Source: a virus (lineage: Duplodnaviria; Caudoviricetes). From it: 64,000 nt of DNA. A program made the translations under genes and the position numbers. Below, one piece after another: positions 26,870 through 36,935 of this stretch. How positions within the stretch are numbered: the stretch's first letter is position 1; each line of letters starts with the position of its first letter. The stretch lies in IMG/VR virus record IMGVR_UViG_3300025789_000018. The stretch is one strand, 5' to 3'. Under the pieces are notes generated by a model that made no database searches, was not told the origin of the DNA, and saw nothing but the letters and a program-made list of their open reading frames with translations.

Positions 26870-27133
26870 TTATAAATCCCATCCTTTAAAGCATACATCA
26901 TAATAGCGCCAAACACTGTAAAAAAACCCCCAATCATTCCGAGAGGAACACCAATAAGCCACATCAACCAAATAGGAATAGTAATAGTCATTCCTTATCA
27001 TCCTCCATAATGTTCTTGTAATATGCATCAGGCAATGAGTAGTATTCTACTACTGCTTCCATGCTTGCGAACGAAATGCGACCATTATCATCAACTATGA
27101 CTTTACCGTCATTGTAAAGTCCTGGATACACAC

Positions 27134-28171
27134 TCATACTTTCTTCCATTTCATAAGTTCAACACGAGCCTCTAGACCGCTAAATGTTCGCTTCTCTAGG
27201 ACGATTGTGATATGTTCAACATCTGCTCCATTCAGAATCATGTCATTGATATCTTTGCCCTTGAACGTATCGTCCCATATCATTACACTATAACCCTTAT
27301 CGATCATTTTGTCAAGACGTTTTACGATTTCTTTATTGCGAGGCTCATTATCAAGAACGTAAACAACGTCCACAAAGGATTGATCCAGAGTAACATCAGC
27401 ACCGCCCATAGCAAGACTATTTGCCACAAAAAGTGAGTCGAGTGGTCCTTCAAAGCAGTATACCCTTTTGTTTTTATCAACAGTGTCAAGACCAAAGATT
27501 TTTGGCCTGTCATCCAGCATGATAGTTATATAGCGTAGATTTGACTTTGGATTAAAACTTCTACCCTGATAGCCAAACATGTTTCCGTCTTCATCAAGAA
27601 ACGGAATGATCAGTCTAGGCTCATCTTGTTTCGTATCCAGCTTATCTGGAATCATGCTGTTAGTCCACTCCGCAAACTTGGTGCAGTAGAACAACTTTGC
27701 ATGATGTTTGTTTTCGATCTTCCTAGAGAGTATATACTTCTTAGCAGGATGATCGTATGTCAGTTGAGATATCTTCTTCAACTTACGTAGAGGTGAACCA
27801 GACTTTAGAAAAGCTGGTGGTGTAAACCTAGCGATATCTTGTTTTGGTGGTTCTTTAGGGCGCATCTTCGCGCTGTCTTTGAACTTCTCTACGACATACT
27901 CTTGGTGTAGAGTAGTATCGATTTGCTTTAGAAAGTTGGAGAAGCCATGGGCAAGACCACAGTTGTAACACTTGAAGTATGTCTTGCCCTTGTGCTGAAA
28001 CAGATATGCACGGGCTTTGTATTTGTTCTTCTGCGAATCACCACAGAATGGGCATCTAAAGTTAGATACGTATGGCGATGACTTCTTTACTTTGAATCGT
28101 TCTAGCCTGTTGGATAGAAGATTACAATACATAACATCTAGGTACAAGTCACTCATATTCATCCTATACAT
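27134..28171 (-). CDS. 61: DNA primase gp61
   Basis: CPFCGDS..CYNCG zinc finger, IIPF, GYQGR, EGPLDS, DNEPRN, KDINDM. Confidence 0.95.
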   Translation of the reverse strand: MYRMNMSDLYLDVMYCNLLSNRLERFKVKKSSPYVSNFRCPFCGDSQKNKYKARAYLFQHKGKTYFKCYNCGLAHGFSNFLKQIDTTLHQEYVVEKFKDSAKMRPKEPPKQDIARFTPPAFLKSGSPLRKLKKISQLTYDHPAKKYILSRKIENKHHAKLFYCTKFAEWTNSMIPDKLDTKQDEPRLIIPFLDEDGNMFGYQGRSFNPKSNLRYITIMLDDRPKIFGLDTVDKNKRVYCFEGPLDSLFVANSLAMGGADVTLDQSFVDVVYVLDNEPRNKEIVKRLDKMIDKGYSVMIWDDTFKGKDINDMILNGADVEHITIVLEKRTFSGLEARVELMKWKKV

Positions 28172-28223
28172 CTGAATCTACAGTTGTATAATACGCCAAC
28201 CGTAGACCAATGTCAAGGGTTTT

Positions 28224-28574
28224 TTAGAGAAAAGGTGCCATAAATGGAATGAGTCCCATTTTGAAAAGAATAAAGCAAGCTATAACGCCTGTGGCAGTAA
28301 AGTACCACTTGTGTAGGTCTTGCTTGGTCTTGATTCCGTTTAACTCAGAATGCAGAGTATCGATTCGTTTGTTGGTTTCTTGGTGAAGAGAATAAAGGTC
28401 TTCGTCTGCTAGTGCATGTTGACCAAGTTTATGTTCATGTACAGCAAGCATTTCTTTTAATGAAATAGAAATATCTGTGAGTTTTTCCATAGTAACATCG
28501 ATCTTATCGCAATAGCTTGACACTTGCGACACATCACGTTCTAGTATGGCAACTTTAGTTTCTAAGTCTGACAT
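28224..28574 (-). CDS. Coiled-coil protein with C-terminal TM helix (possible lysis-cassette member)
   Basis: Directly downstream of the spanin-like pair; C-terminal hydrophobic helix. Confidence 0.5.
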   Translation of the reverse strand: MSDLETKVAILERDVSQVSSYCDKIDVTMEKLTDISISLKEMLAVHEHKLGQHALADEDLYSLHQETNKRIDTLHSELNGIKTKQDLHKWYFTATGVIACFILFKMGLIPFMAPFL

Positions 28575-28584
28575 TGTATTCCTC

Positions 28585-28854
28585 TTATTTGCAGTGAGTC
28601 TGAACCCAGTCTATCAATGACGAATGATCAACATTAAGGTCATTATATGCTTGGATATCATCTAACCACAAATCGATCACTTGTTTTTCTGTTAACTTTG
28701 TTTGTGTTACCTTTGGCAAGTCACCGTGTTTTGCTGTGAAAGCAACAGGTGGATTGCAAGGATTAGTTACTATTACTGGTGGTCGTGCGGGCGCCGTTAA
28801 GCACGCCGATAACGGTAGCATCAACATCGCAGCTAGGAATGTCTTGTACTTCAT
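28585..28854 (-). CDS. Lipoprotein, o-spanin-like
   Basis: Lipobox LSAC followed by a Pro-rich linker; overlaps the 3' end of the i-spanin-like gene. Confidence 0.65.
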   Translation of the reverse strand: MKYKTFLAAMLMLPLSACLTAPARPPVIVTNPCNPPVAFTAKHGDLPKVTQTKLTEKQVIDLWLDDIQAYNDLNVDHSSLIDWVQTHCK

Positions 28855-29170
28855 GGTCGATCACCTGTTTTGCCTGTATAACTTTTTGAACGATAATCTG
28901 CTTCTTGGTCTGTGCGGCCGCTAAAGCAGTTTGTTCGTCTGAAAGTTGTTTCTTCAAGTTATTTATTTGTATCGTTTGAGCATCTACCGTCGATTGGATC
29001 ACAGCAGCATTGCATTGTGACTTAGCTGCATTGTAACCTTTATCATAAACATAGTTGTATCCAAGTACACCAATCAATAGTGCAATGCCATATGGGGCCA
29101 AAGACGTAAGAATACCAGAAGGTGAAAATCCCTTAACTGTACTCCAAAGATTTGACACAAAGTTAAGCAC
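28763..29170 (-). CDS. i-spanin-like protein
   Basis: Single N-terminal TM segment followed by a coiled coil. Confidence 0.6.
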   Translation of the reverse strand: MLNFVSNLWSTVKGFSPSGILTSLAPYGIALLIGVLGYNYVYDKGYNAAKSQCNAAVIQSTVDAQTIQINNLKKQLSDEQTALAAAQTKKQIIVQKVIQAKQVIDHEVQDIPSCDVDATVIGVLNGARTTTSNSN

Positions 29171-29414
29171 CGAATCCGCCCATATTTACGCCACCCATTA
29201 CACGTCTTTGCATCTGTGATGGACCTTTAGCGTATTCTTTCTGGCGATCAGCTTCTTTTTCTTGGTAGGTTTTTTGCTTTTTCCTGTACACTGGAGGCGA
29301 TGCTGGCTTTCCTGTGTTGGGATCTATCACACTAGCAAGACCTGCGTCCACCACCGCTGGTGCCGCACCAGAAGTCTCGTTTAGATCGCTTCTGAAATCT
29401 CTAAACTTTTTCAT
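29163..29414 (-). CDS. Hypothetical late protein with capsid-targeting-like N-terminus
   Basis: MKKFRDFRSDLNE start. Confidence 0.55.
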   Translation of the reverse strand: MKKFRDFRSDLNETSGAAPAVVDAGLASVIDPNTGKPASPPVYRKKQKTYQEKEADRQKEYAKGPSQMQRRVMGGVNMGGFGA

Positions 29415-29797
29415 TAGCAGTGCCACCTTCTTAGAGACATTGCTTTGCGTGTTGGGCGCCCCTTGTCGTCTTTCATAGGACCTGGATTGCCCTTCATTCT
29501 AGCACAAAATGATTTTCTGCGCTTGGCTGCTTTACCTTCTGGATTGAGTTCGCTAGGCTTCTTTGTAACAGCAGTATGAATGCCAAAATGTTTAGCGCCC
29601 TTTGCTGTCAATCCAGCACCAGATTCGGTAGAGCGATAGTATCCCTTAGAGTCTGCGCCGCGCTCTACAAGAACATCTTCCTTGACGGGGACACAGTTAG
29701 GAACTTCTTTGCCATTCTTTTTCTTTTTGCCCACCATCTGATAACCCTTCCAGCAAGGATCATCTTTCATTTCACAAAAAGAAGCAAAGCTTTCCAT
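29414..29797 (-). CDS. Conserved T4-like protein (PCWKGY and RRKSFCARM modules)
   Basis: DPCWKGYQMVG..VPNCVP; RRKSFCARM..SLRRWHC. Confidence 0.7.
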   Translation of the reverse strand: MESFASFCEMKDDPCWKGYQMVGKKKKNGKEVPNCVPVKEDVLVERGADSKGYYRSTESGAGLTAKGAKHFGIHTAVTKKPSELNPEGKAAKRRKSFCARMKGNPGPMKDDKGRPTRKAMSLRRWHC

Positions 29798-30081
29798 TAT
29801 TCGTCGCCTGTTTCTTTGCCTGACATCATATAGTCAGCAGCAGCGTCTAACATGCCAGAGCCTTTAGCAATCTTTGTTTGTACCCAAGCAGGAAGATCAC
29901 CTTCGCCTTTGAGCATCTTCAATAGATTTTCACAAGCGCGCTTTGCTGTTTCAAGTTCTGTACGAGCCATTTGGTACTCAACATCTTCCTTGACTTCTTT
30001 ACTGCAACCACACTTCATTTCTTGACATGCTTTGCATGGCTTCTTTTTGACTTCTTCTTGAAGTTCTCTTAAGCTTTTCAT
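29797..30081 (-). CDS. Conserved T4-like hypothetical protein
   Basis: MARTEL..LPAWVQTKI..DYM. Confidence 0.65.
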   Translation of the reverse strand: MKSLRELQEEVKKKPCKACQEMKCGCSKEVKEDVEYQMARTELETAKRACENLLKMLKGEGDLPAWVQTKIAKGSGMLDAAADYMMSGKETGDE

Positions 30082-30470
30082 ATTGACTCTAGCCTCTTCT
30101 TGATGTATATATCAGACTCAATGTCTGTGTTTTTAATGTTTATACCTTGTAGCCCGATATTCACAACATGATCTGGCATATAGTTTAGAAGTTCAAGGAA
30201 GGGCTTCAACATTTCTTTGTATTCGTATAACTTGAAGAACAACATACGAGTGGCTGGTACTAAACCGAACACATTATAGATGACGATAATATGATTCAGT
30301 ATCAGCCGCTCCCTCAAATCACCATTTTCAGAATAGATGTTGAATAGTCTTTTCAGATACTTGAATCTCTTCAAGTCATCATAAAACTCCACAGTGTCAT
30401 AACATTGTGCATTTTCATAATGTTTAGCTGAATATAATAAAAAGTTTGTTTCATCAAGTTTTTCATGCAT
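30078..30470 (-). CDS. Conserved T4-like hypothetical protein
   Basis: NFLLYSAKHY..EFYDDLKRFKYLKRLF..LILNHII. Confidence 0.75.
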   Translation of the reverse strand: MHEKLDETNFLLYSAKHYENAQCYDTVEFYDDLKRFKYLKRLFNIYSENGDLRERLILNHIIVIYNVFGLVPATRMLFFKLYEYKEMLKPFLELLNYMPDHVVNIGLQGINIKNTDIESDIYIKKRLESI

Positions 30471-30482
30471 TATAAAAAATCA

Positions 30483-31397
30483 TTAAGCCGAGGTAATCGT
30501 TTGCCAAGCTGCTCCAGTATACAGACATAGTTTTGATAATGTTGTATCAAAAACAATAGTACCCGCAGCAGGTGTTAGTGCAGTCTTTTGTGTTGTTGTC
30601 ATATTTGGGAAGCGAACGCCAGCAGTGGTTGATTGCACATCAAGAATAGTGCTTGTGCCTGGTGTTGTTGTTCCAATGGCAACTTTACCCGTCGATGTGA
30701 TACGCATACGTTCATTGGCGGCTAGAGTACCACCAGTAAAGAAGTTGATGTAGTTTGTGCCACCACCATAAGATGCTGTACCGATTGAAAGATTTGTATT
30801 GCCTGTATATAGATATCCATCAGATGGACCATTGATAGTCCAAAATGTATTTGAATAACCAGAAGAACTGATACCCATGTCAATAAAGTTGTTACCAACT
30901 AGACCGTTATTATCATAAGCAGCAAAGTCGGATGATGCATTGACACCATTGTTGGCATTGTTGATGACGATATCAACAGAACTATTAGAACTACCAAAAC
31001 CAGCAAGTGAGGATGGTGTACCAGCAACGTTTAGCCCACCGATCTGTACGTTTGCAGAAGTGTTGCCAATGTAAGTTGCGGTTGAGTTTGCTAAGAAGAA
31101 AGAACCAACAGTATAAGAGGATGCATTGACTACGCCAGCATATGTTGGTAGATATGATGCGATATTTGCACCAAGGGTGGAGTTTAGCTGATAAGAAGCA
31201 GCAGCAACTCCACCTAGATAGTTTGCGTTGTTTGCAGTATAGAAAGCAGTTTGTGCTAACAACACACTAGGAGTAATAGAATATGTCGTATTGGTACCGG
31301 CAGTATTCTGTACAATGATCATCAAGTCCTGTGTAGGATTTGTTGTCGTTGCAACAGGTAGTTGTGTAATCTTAATCGGACCATTTGACATATTCAA
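30483..31397 (-). CDS. Tail fibre/baseplate-like virion protein
   Basis: KITQLPVAT N-terminus; ERMRITSTGKVAIGTTTP fibre motif. Confidence 0.7.
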   Translation of the reverse strand: MNMSNGPIKITQLPVATTTNPTQDLMIIVQNTAGTNTTYSITPSVLLAQTAFYTANNANYLGGVAAASYQLNSTLGANIASYLPTYAGVVNASSYTVGSFFLANSTATYIGNTSANVQIGGLNVAGTPSSLAGFGSSNSSVDIVINNANNGVNASSDFAAYDNNGLVGNNFIDMGISSSGYSNTFWTINGPSDGYLYTGNTNLSIGTASYGGGTNYINFFTGGTLAANERMRITSTGKVAIGTTTPGTSTILDVQSTTAGVRFPNMTTTQKTALTPAAGTIVFDTTLSKLCLYTGAAWQTITSA

Positions 31398-31427
31398 AAC
31401 CCTAGTGTGTTGTTGTTATACTATTAC

Positions 31428-33470
31428 TTATGAGTTAGGGAATGTACCATTATCAGCAGCGTTTTCAGATACATATGGTGAAGTACCAGTTAGAGCAACT
31501 AGTGTTTCAACGTATGTACGACCAGAACGACCACCAAGTGTCACGTTGACTGGTGCACCTGAAGATGCTGCACCAAATGAACCAGCAAACGTAATGCCTG
31601 TACCTGTACCTGTACCACCGCTCGAATTTGAGTAAGTGAATACTAGGTTAGCAGTTGTTAGACCGTTTGTGAACAATCCTGGGTTTGTGATCGTGATGTT
31701 TGAGTTTGCAACTGAAGTTGATGTTAGGTTTGCAGTAGCAGCAACAATCTGACCAGATGATGCCATAGAAGCACTAGCAACGTTAACACTCTTAGTTACG
31801 ACATATGTTCCAGCACCACCAGCAGTACCTGATAGCTGTGCAAGGATCTGTGTACCTGTAGCAACGCCTGTACCAGTGATGATATTGCCGACTGTGATCG
31901 TACCTGTTACTGATGATGCAGTTAGGATACCATTAGCAATAACACCAGTGAATGATGCGAGAGCAAAAGTAGCAGTGACAGTAACAATATCACCAGCAAC
32001 ATAGCCTGAAGGCGTACCGGTTGCTGTAACGTTAGCAACGTGTAGCTGATGCTGATAGGTTAGTGAAGCAACTGAAGTGTTGGTGAAACCAGCACCTGGA
32101 TAAGCAAGTGCAACAGAAGCGATGTTAGCGCCTGAACCAGCAGCACCAGCGTTAGTTGTGATAATGCCGAGAGCATTAGCAGAACCACCAGATACGATGA
32201 CTGTTTCGCCGTTAGCATAACCTGAAGTTGAAGTTGAGTTAACAGTGAATGTAGCAACTGGACCTGAACCGTAACGAACTTCTGTCCAACCAGCATGTTG
32301 GCTGTGGCCAAATACTGTTTGTTCATATGTTGAGAAGTTTACAGTGTTGCCAGTAGAAGAACCAGTCGCATAAGCGTTTGATGATAGTGTAACTGTAGTA
32401 GCGTTGACTGCAACAACCTTAGGAAGAACAGTTGACATTGTAACAGTAGCACCAGAAGCGCCGTTTGAGATTGAGTTACCGCTTAGAACGTAGTTACCGA
32501 TACCGTTTGTGGCAGTTGATGAAACAACATAAGTGCCGTTTGCGATACCGAGAGTTGCGTTAGCAAGTAGTTCTTGACCAATGCAAAGAACTGGACCAGT
32601 AAATGATGTAACGTTTAGAATGTTACCATTTGAACCGATTGTACCATTTGAAATGGTGCCAGTGATTGTTGCGGTGTTTGTTGAAGTTGTACCATAAAGT
32701 GTTGGTAGTGTTGGTAAGTTATTACCAGAAGCAACCATACCTGGTGCAATCTTTGAGAAGAAGAATGTTGCTGATGCGTTTGTTAGTGGTGATACGCCAC
32801 TTAGTAGAACAGCCGATGAGTTGATTACGTTAGCAACAGCAGCGTATGCGCCAGTATTTGACCAAACGGGTGAACCGCCAGTCGTATTAGCAGCAGTACC
32901 ATAGATTGCCATACCAGGAGCGATGTTTGAGGTCGATGTTAGACCGGTCATGATCGCGTTACCCTGTGAAAGGGTGCCTGTCTGTGTATTTGCAAATGCT
33001 GGAGTTGGGTTGGTTAGAACGTTATTGCCAGCAATGGTGTTTGCAGTTACAGTAACATAGTTTGGAATATTCAACATATTGAATACGCCAAGTGCTTGAT
33101 TGTTCTGGAATGCATTTGGTGTAGTGTTGTTGTATAGGTTATAACCAGTTACGTGGTTATATTCAAAAGTAATATTTGCACTAGCAGCAGTTGTACCTGA
33201 AAATGTCTGTGACATTTGAACTGCGGTTGAGTTGATGATACCTGTAACGATAGCACCAGATGATAGGTTAGCCAGCACAGTGTTTGAAATGACTAGCTGA
33301 TTGACTGTAACACCTACAGTTGATGCCATTGAAGTGATGACATTACTACCTTGAGTAAATGTTCCAGTTGTAGTGACGTTAGCTTGCTGTGCATAAGCTT
33401 TATCTTTTGCAGTAATGCCATAAAACTTTGGTGCAGAGTTAGCTTGATCTGTTGATTTCCATAAAGACAT
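31428..33470 (-). CDS. Large T/G/N/A-rich virion structural protein with repeated beta-rich modules
   Basis: MSLW..D..NSAPK start and GR...ETLVA end typical of T4-like virion proteins; late promoter near 33502. Confidence 0.7.
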   Translation of the reverse strand: MSLWKSTDQANSAPKFYGITAKDKAYAQQANVTTTGTFTQGSNVITSMASTVGVTVNQLVISNTVLANLSSGAIVTGIINSTAVQMSQTFSGTTAASANITFEYNHVTGYNLYNNTTPNAFQNNQALGVFNMLNIPNYVTVTANTIAGNNVLTNPTPAFANTQTGTLSQGNAIMTGLTSTSNIAPGMAIYGTAANTTGGSPVWSNTGAYAAVANVINSSAVLLSGVSPLTNASATFFFSKIAPGMVASGNNLPTLPTLYGTTSTNTATITGTISNGTIGSNGNILNVTSFTGPVLCIGQELLANATLGIANGTYVVSSTATNGIGNYVLSGNSISNGASGATVTMSTVLPKVVAVNATTVTLSSNAYATGSSTGNTVNFSTYEQTVFGHSQHAGWTEVRYGSGPVATFTVNSTSTSGYANGETVIVSGGSANALGIITTNAGAAGSGANIASVALAYPGAGFTNTSVASLTYQHQLHVANVTATGTPSGYVAGDIVTVTATFALASFTGVIANGILTASSVTGTITVGNIITGTGVATGTQILAQLSGTAGGAGTYVVTKSVNVASASMASSGQIVAATANLTSTSVANSNITITNPGLFTNGLTTANLVFTYSNSSGGTGTGTGITFAGSFGAASSGAPVNVTLGGRSGRTYVETLVALTGTSPYVSENAADNGTFPNS

Positions 33471-33709
33471 TCGTATTCTCCTTGCGAGTTCTTTTTCTGA
33501 TTATTTATCTATTTATGCAAATGAAACATGCTTGAAACGTAGTCAGATGGCTTCTCAACAAAGTCTGGGATTTGCACCACAGCAACATTAGCCGTTACTT
33601 TCACAACAGGAGGAGCCGATACCTTCAGATGCACCTCTTCTTGGTGTTTGATCTGAGGTACGGCTTCCTGCTTATTCGTGATAATAATATTATGTGCTAT
33701 AATAGGCAC

Positions 33710-35335
33710 TTATTTATCCTTGAATAGACCTGGATTGTTTCTACGAAATGTTTCTTCTTCAGCGATCTTCTTTAGATTCTGATTTTGTGACATGATATCA
33801 CGAACAGCAGATTCGACAGCATGATAGCGCGAAGCAGCAGTATAAGGTGTTACTACTGATTCGCGGATGGCTTCTTCTTTACTGAAAGACTTATTCATTG
33901 CAACTTCGGCATCTTTGGCAAACTTCTTTGCACCGATTGGAGTTGCTGTTTTATCTTTAGCACGATCTTGTCCTGCACGATCAAACTTGGTTTCTGGAGA
34001 TTTGTCCATTTCTTCTAGTTCATTTTCAACTAGACGATCAATATCTGACTCGTCAAAGATACCTTCTTCAAGTGCATCTGCGAAATGATCCATCAACTCT
34101 TCTTTACGAAGCATCTTGAAGTCTTCAGCGTCTAGCTTATCATTGTGATTCTTGTCAAGCTTCTTCTGCTTGCCGATTAGCTTCTTTTCTTCTAGTTCGG
34201 CTTCTTCTTTGGCGGTAACTTTCTTTTTGAGTTTATTGCCAATCTCACCAATCTTGTTGATGCCTTTAGCAAGTGCAGTACCAGCAGTACCACCTGCAAC
34301 AGCGCCACCAGCAGCACCTAGAGTTGCTCCGCCTTTGATGGCCATTGGATCATGATGTACATGCGGCGCCGCAGCCATACCACCAGCAACTGCACCTAGT
34401 GCGCCGCCTGCTAGTGCGCCTTTAATGCCCCATTTTGTAGGATCCAACTTTTCATCAAGTGTACGGAACTTGTTTGATGAACTTACACCCCAAAGTGGCG
34501 CTTTTGTTTCTTCGGACATTACTTGTTCTCCTAGTGCTGATTTGTGTTCTTCATGTGATTTACGAATCTTGGCTTGAAATGCTTCTTTATCCGCAGGCTT
34601 TGGTAGACTATTATAGTGATCTAATGTCTTTGATGCCATAGAGCCTGAAACGTGATGTGTCTTACCATTCTCATACTTGATGTCTTGACCACCAGTCTGA
34701 TTGGTAGAAGCTTGTCTTAGTCTGTTGATGATGTGTTCTGATGGCGCATGTTGCTCTGGCGGTAGGACACCATTCTTGCGAAGTCTGCGAATGCGATCCA
34801 TATGCTCTGGATTGTCATGATACAACTTTTCTTTGTTGTTAGGATTGACAGTGTAGCCAAGATCCTTCTTTGGTCGACCACGTGCTTCGTCTAGTTCGGT
34901 TTCTTCTTTCTTGATGTTATTTTTAGAAGATTTCACTTTTGTGATATTTTCAATATCAGAGATTGTAAACTTTCCTGGACCATCAGTTCTGGCTGGAAAT
35001 AAAGACATGAAATCTTTCTTTGGCTTTTCTTCATCGACCTGCTCAATATCTTCTGAAATGCCAGCATGACGCATAGCAGAATCTTTAAACTCTGCACCAA
35101 ACGTCTTTACCTTACCGTGCTTGTTCATTGCATCCCAAGCATTTGGATTTGTCTTGCTCTTTCTCACATATGGTGTGTTGTTTGATTCTTCAACTTTTTC
35201 ACCATGAACCTTATAAGATGCAGCAACAGCCTGTTTCACTCGCTCGGCCTTACTCTTGCCCGCGAACTTTGGATTCTTTGATTTCACAAAGTCATGAATG
35301 ATTTCAGATGTTGGTGTATCTTTATTGATTGGCAT
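33710..35335 (-). CDS. Large charged putative internal head protein with glycine-zipper segment
   Basis: Many LEE/LDE/VEE sites; GALAGGALGAVAGG..GAAGGAVAGG; late promoter 35363-35370. Confidence 0.6.
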   Translation of the reverse strand: MPINKDTPTSEIIHDFVKSKNPKFAGKSKAERVKQAVAASYKVHGEKVEESNNTPYVRKSKTNPNAWDAMNKHGKVKTFGAEFKDSAMRHAGISEDIEQVDEEKPKKDFMSLFPARTDGPGKFTISDIENITKVKSSKNNIKKEETELDEARGRPKKDLGYTVNPNNKEKLYHDNPEHMDRIRRLRKNGVLPPEQHAPSEHIINRLRQASTNQTGGQDIKYENGKTHHVSGSMASKTLDHYNSLPKPADKEAFQAKIRKSHEEHKSALGEQVMSEETKAPLWGVSSSNKFRTLDEKLDPTKWGIKGALAGGALGAVAGGMAAAPHVHHDPMAIKGGATLGAAGGAVAGGTAGTALAKGINKIGEIGNKLKKKVTAKEEAELEEKKLIGKQKKLDKNHNDKLDAEDFKMLRKEELMDHFADALEEGIFDESDIDRLVENELEEMDKSPETKFDRAGQDRAKDKTATPIGAKKFAKDAEVAMNKSFSKEEAIRESVVTPYTAASRYHAVESAVRDIMSQNQNLKKIAEEETFRRNNPGLFKDK

Positions 35336-35390
35336 CGGGCGCTCCTACAGGATTCTTTTCTGTATTTATAAAAACTGATTACATCACTTA

Positions 35391-35459
35391 TATAAGTATT
35401 GATGTCTGTCACGATACTGGAAATATCCACAGACTCTAACGCTTATAAGGAGCATCAGC
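35391..35459 (+). promoter_or_regulatory. Nuclease-cassette leader copy 5
   Basis: TATAAGTA, GTCTGT/ACAGAC stem, TCTAACGCTTATAAGGAGCATCAGC-ATG. Confidence 0.85.
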
Positions 35460-36122
35460 ATGAATATTTATCGCAGAATCTGGACTCGTCATTTCGGTCC
35501 CATTCCTAAAGATGAGAATGGTAGATCATACGAGATTCATCATATAGACGGCAATCGTAAGAACAACGATATTTCCAACTTAGTTTGCATAACGATACAA
35601 GAACACTATAACATACATTATTCTCAAAACGATTGGGCAGCCTGTTTACGTATCTCACAGAGAATGTCCATTAGTGCAGAAGAAAAGTCTAACTTGGCCA
35701 AGCTTGTTCAAACAAAAAGGCTTGAAGATGGTACACATCCTTTTTTGGATAAAGAAAATCATAAAAGATGGAATAAAGAAAAGATTCAAAATGGAACACA
35801 CAACTTTTTAGGTGGTGAAGTTCAAAGAAAACGTATAGAAGAAGGAACTCACCACTTTCTAGGAAGCGATATAAACAACAAAAGAGTAGAAGAAGGCACA
35901 CATCCATTTCTAGGTGGTGAAATACAGAGACAATCTAATAAAAAAAGAGTAGAAAATGGAACACACCATTTATTGGGTGGTGAAATGAACCGTAAAAGAT
36001 TCAAAGATGGAACTCATCCGTTTCTGAAGAAAAAAGAATGTCCTCATTGTTTAAACTATCTCGATCCTGGTAACTTTGCAAAACATCATGGCGATAAGTG
36101 TAAAATGAAGATCAGATCGTAG
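35460..36122 (+). CDS. HNH homing endonuclease with tandem GTHxFL repeats and CPHC finger
   Basis: EIHHIDGNRKNNDISNLVCITIQEHYNIH. Confidence 0.85.
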   Translation: MNIYRRIWTRHFGPIPKDENGRSYEIHHIDGNRKNNDISNLVCITIQEHYNIHYSQNDWAACLRISQRMSISAEEKSNLAKLVQTKRLEDGTHPFLDKENHKRWNKEKIQNGTHNFLGGEVQRKRIEEGTHHFLGSDINNKRVEEGTHPFLGGEIQRQSNKKRVENGTHHLLGGEMNRKRFKDGTHPFLKKKECPHCLNYLDPGNFAKHHGDKCKMKIRS

Positions 36123-36552
36123 ATATGGTTGCCTTTAACATCCAAGATAGTTTATTGTGTTTGTCAACCAAATCTTGAAGGAAGTTGCTGATTCCTATTT
36201 CACCAGCAAGTTCAGCCGCATGATATGCAGTTTCTAGAGATTGTGTAAGTATTAGATTATCTTCGTGCAGTGTTTCAAACATTCTTTGGCTAGAAGGAAC
36301 AGTAAGTGCATCATCAATATTAGTTAACTCTATAAACCGAGTAAAGGATGCTGGTGTGTATTCGTTTAGTGTTCTGATCTTTTCACCGATAGAATCAAAC
36401 TCTTCGAATACTTGAGTGTATATCTTTTCTAGAAATGTGTGATATTCATAGAAGTTGTTTCCTATTACATTAAAGTGATAGTTGTGTGACTTTAAATAAA
36501 ACGCAAAAGCATCTGCTAATGCTACTTTCAAAGAATCTATCAGTGTTGTCAT
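36112..36552 (-). CDS. dps: Dps/ferritin-like DNA-protection protein
   Basis: LKSHNYHFNV.G.NFYEYH.FLE.IY...FD.IGEKIR. Confidence 0.85.
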   Translation of the reverse strand: MTTLIDSLKVALADAFAFYLKSHNYHFNVIGNNFYEYHTFLEKIYTQVFEEFDSIGEKIRTLNEYTPASFTRFIELTNIDDALTVPSSQRMFETLHEDNLILTQSLETAYHAAELAGEIGISNFLQDLVDKHNKLSWMLKATISTI

Positions 36553-36935
36553 TGTTGTTCCTTTACATATCTGCCGTCGGGTGTTTTGGTTACTTTACCA
36601 TCTTTGATAGAAACCCAACCGATAATCGAGTAGCCTCTTTCTTTCCAGTCGGGTGCTTGCGAAAGTAGGGTCTTATTATATATGACGACAAACTGTTTAA
36701 CGTGTGCTTGTTGGTAGTCTCTATAAGAGAGAACATATGCACGATCATCTGGATTGGTTTGCTCTGAAGCCATCTTCGAAGCCGCATTGAATGCGCCGTT
36801 TCTGTCATTGTACATAAGAGAAGGATTCTTTAACACATCCTGTTTAGGTTGTGGTTGCCCTTGCTGGCCTTGTGGACCAGCAGGAATAGAAGCAACTTCA
36901 CTTTCCTCGATGATGTATCCTAGATATGTTTTCAT
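36549..36935 (-). CDS. Hypothetical late protein with capsid-targeting-like N-terminus
   Basis: MKTYLGYIIEE; late promoter 36954-36961. Confidence 0.6.
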   Translation of the reverse strand: MKTYLGYIIEESEVASIPAGPQGQQGQPQPKQDVLKNPSLMYNDRNGAFNAASKMASEQTNPDDRAYVLSYRDYQQAHVKQFVVIYNKTLLSQAPDWKERGYSIIGWVSIKDGKVTKTPDGRYVKEQQ

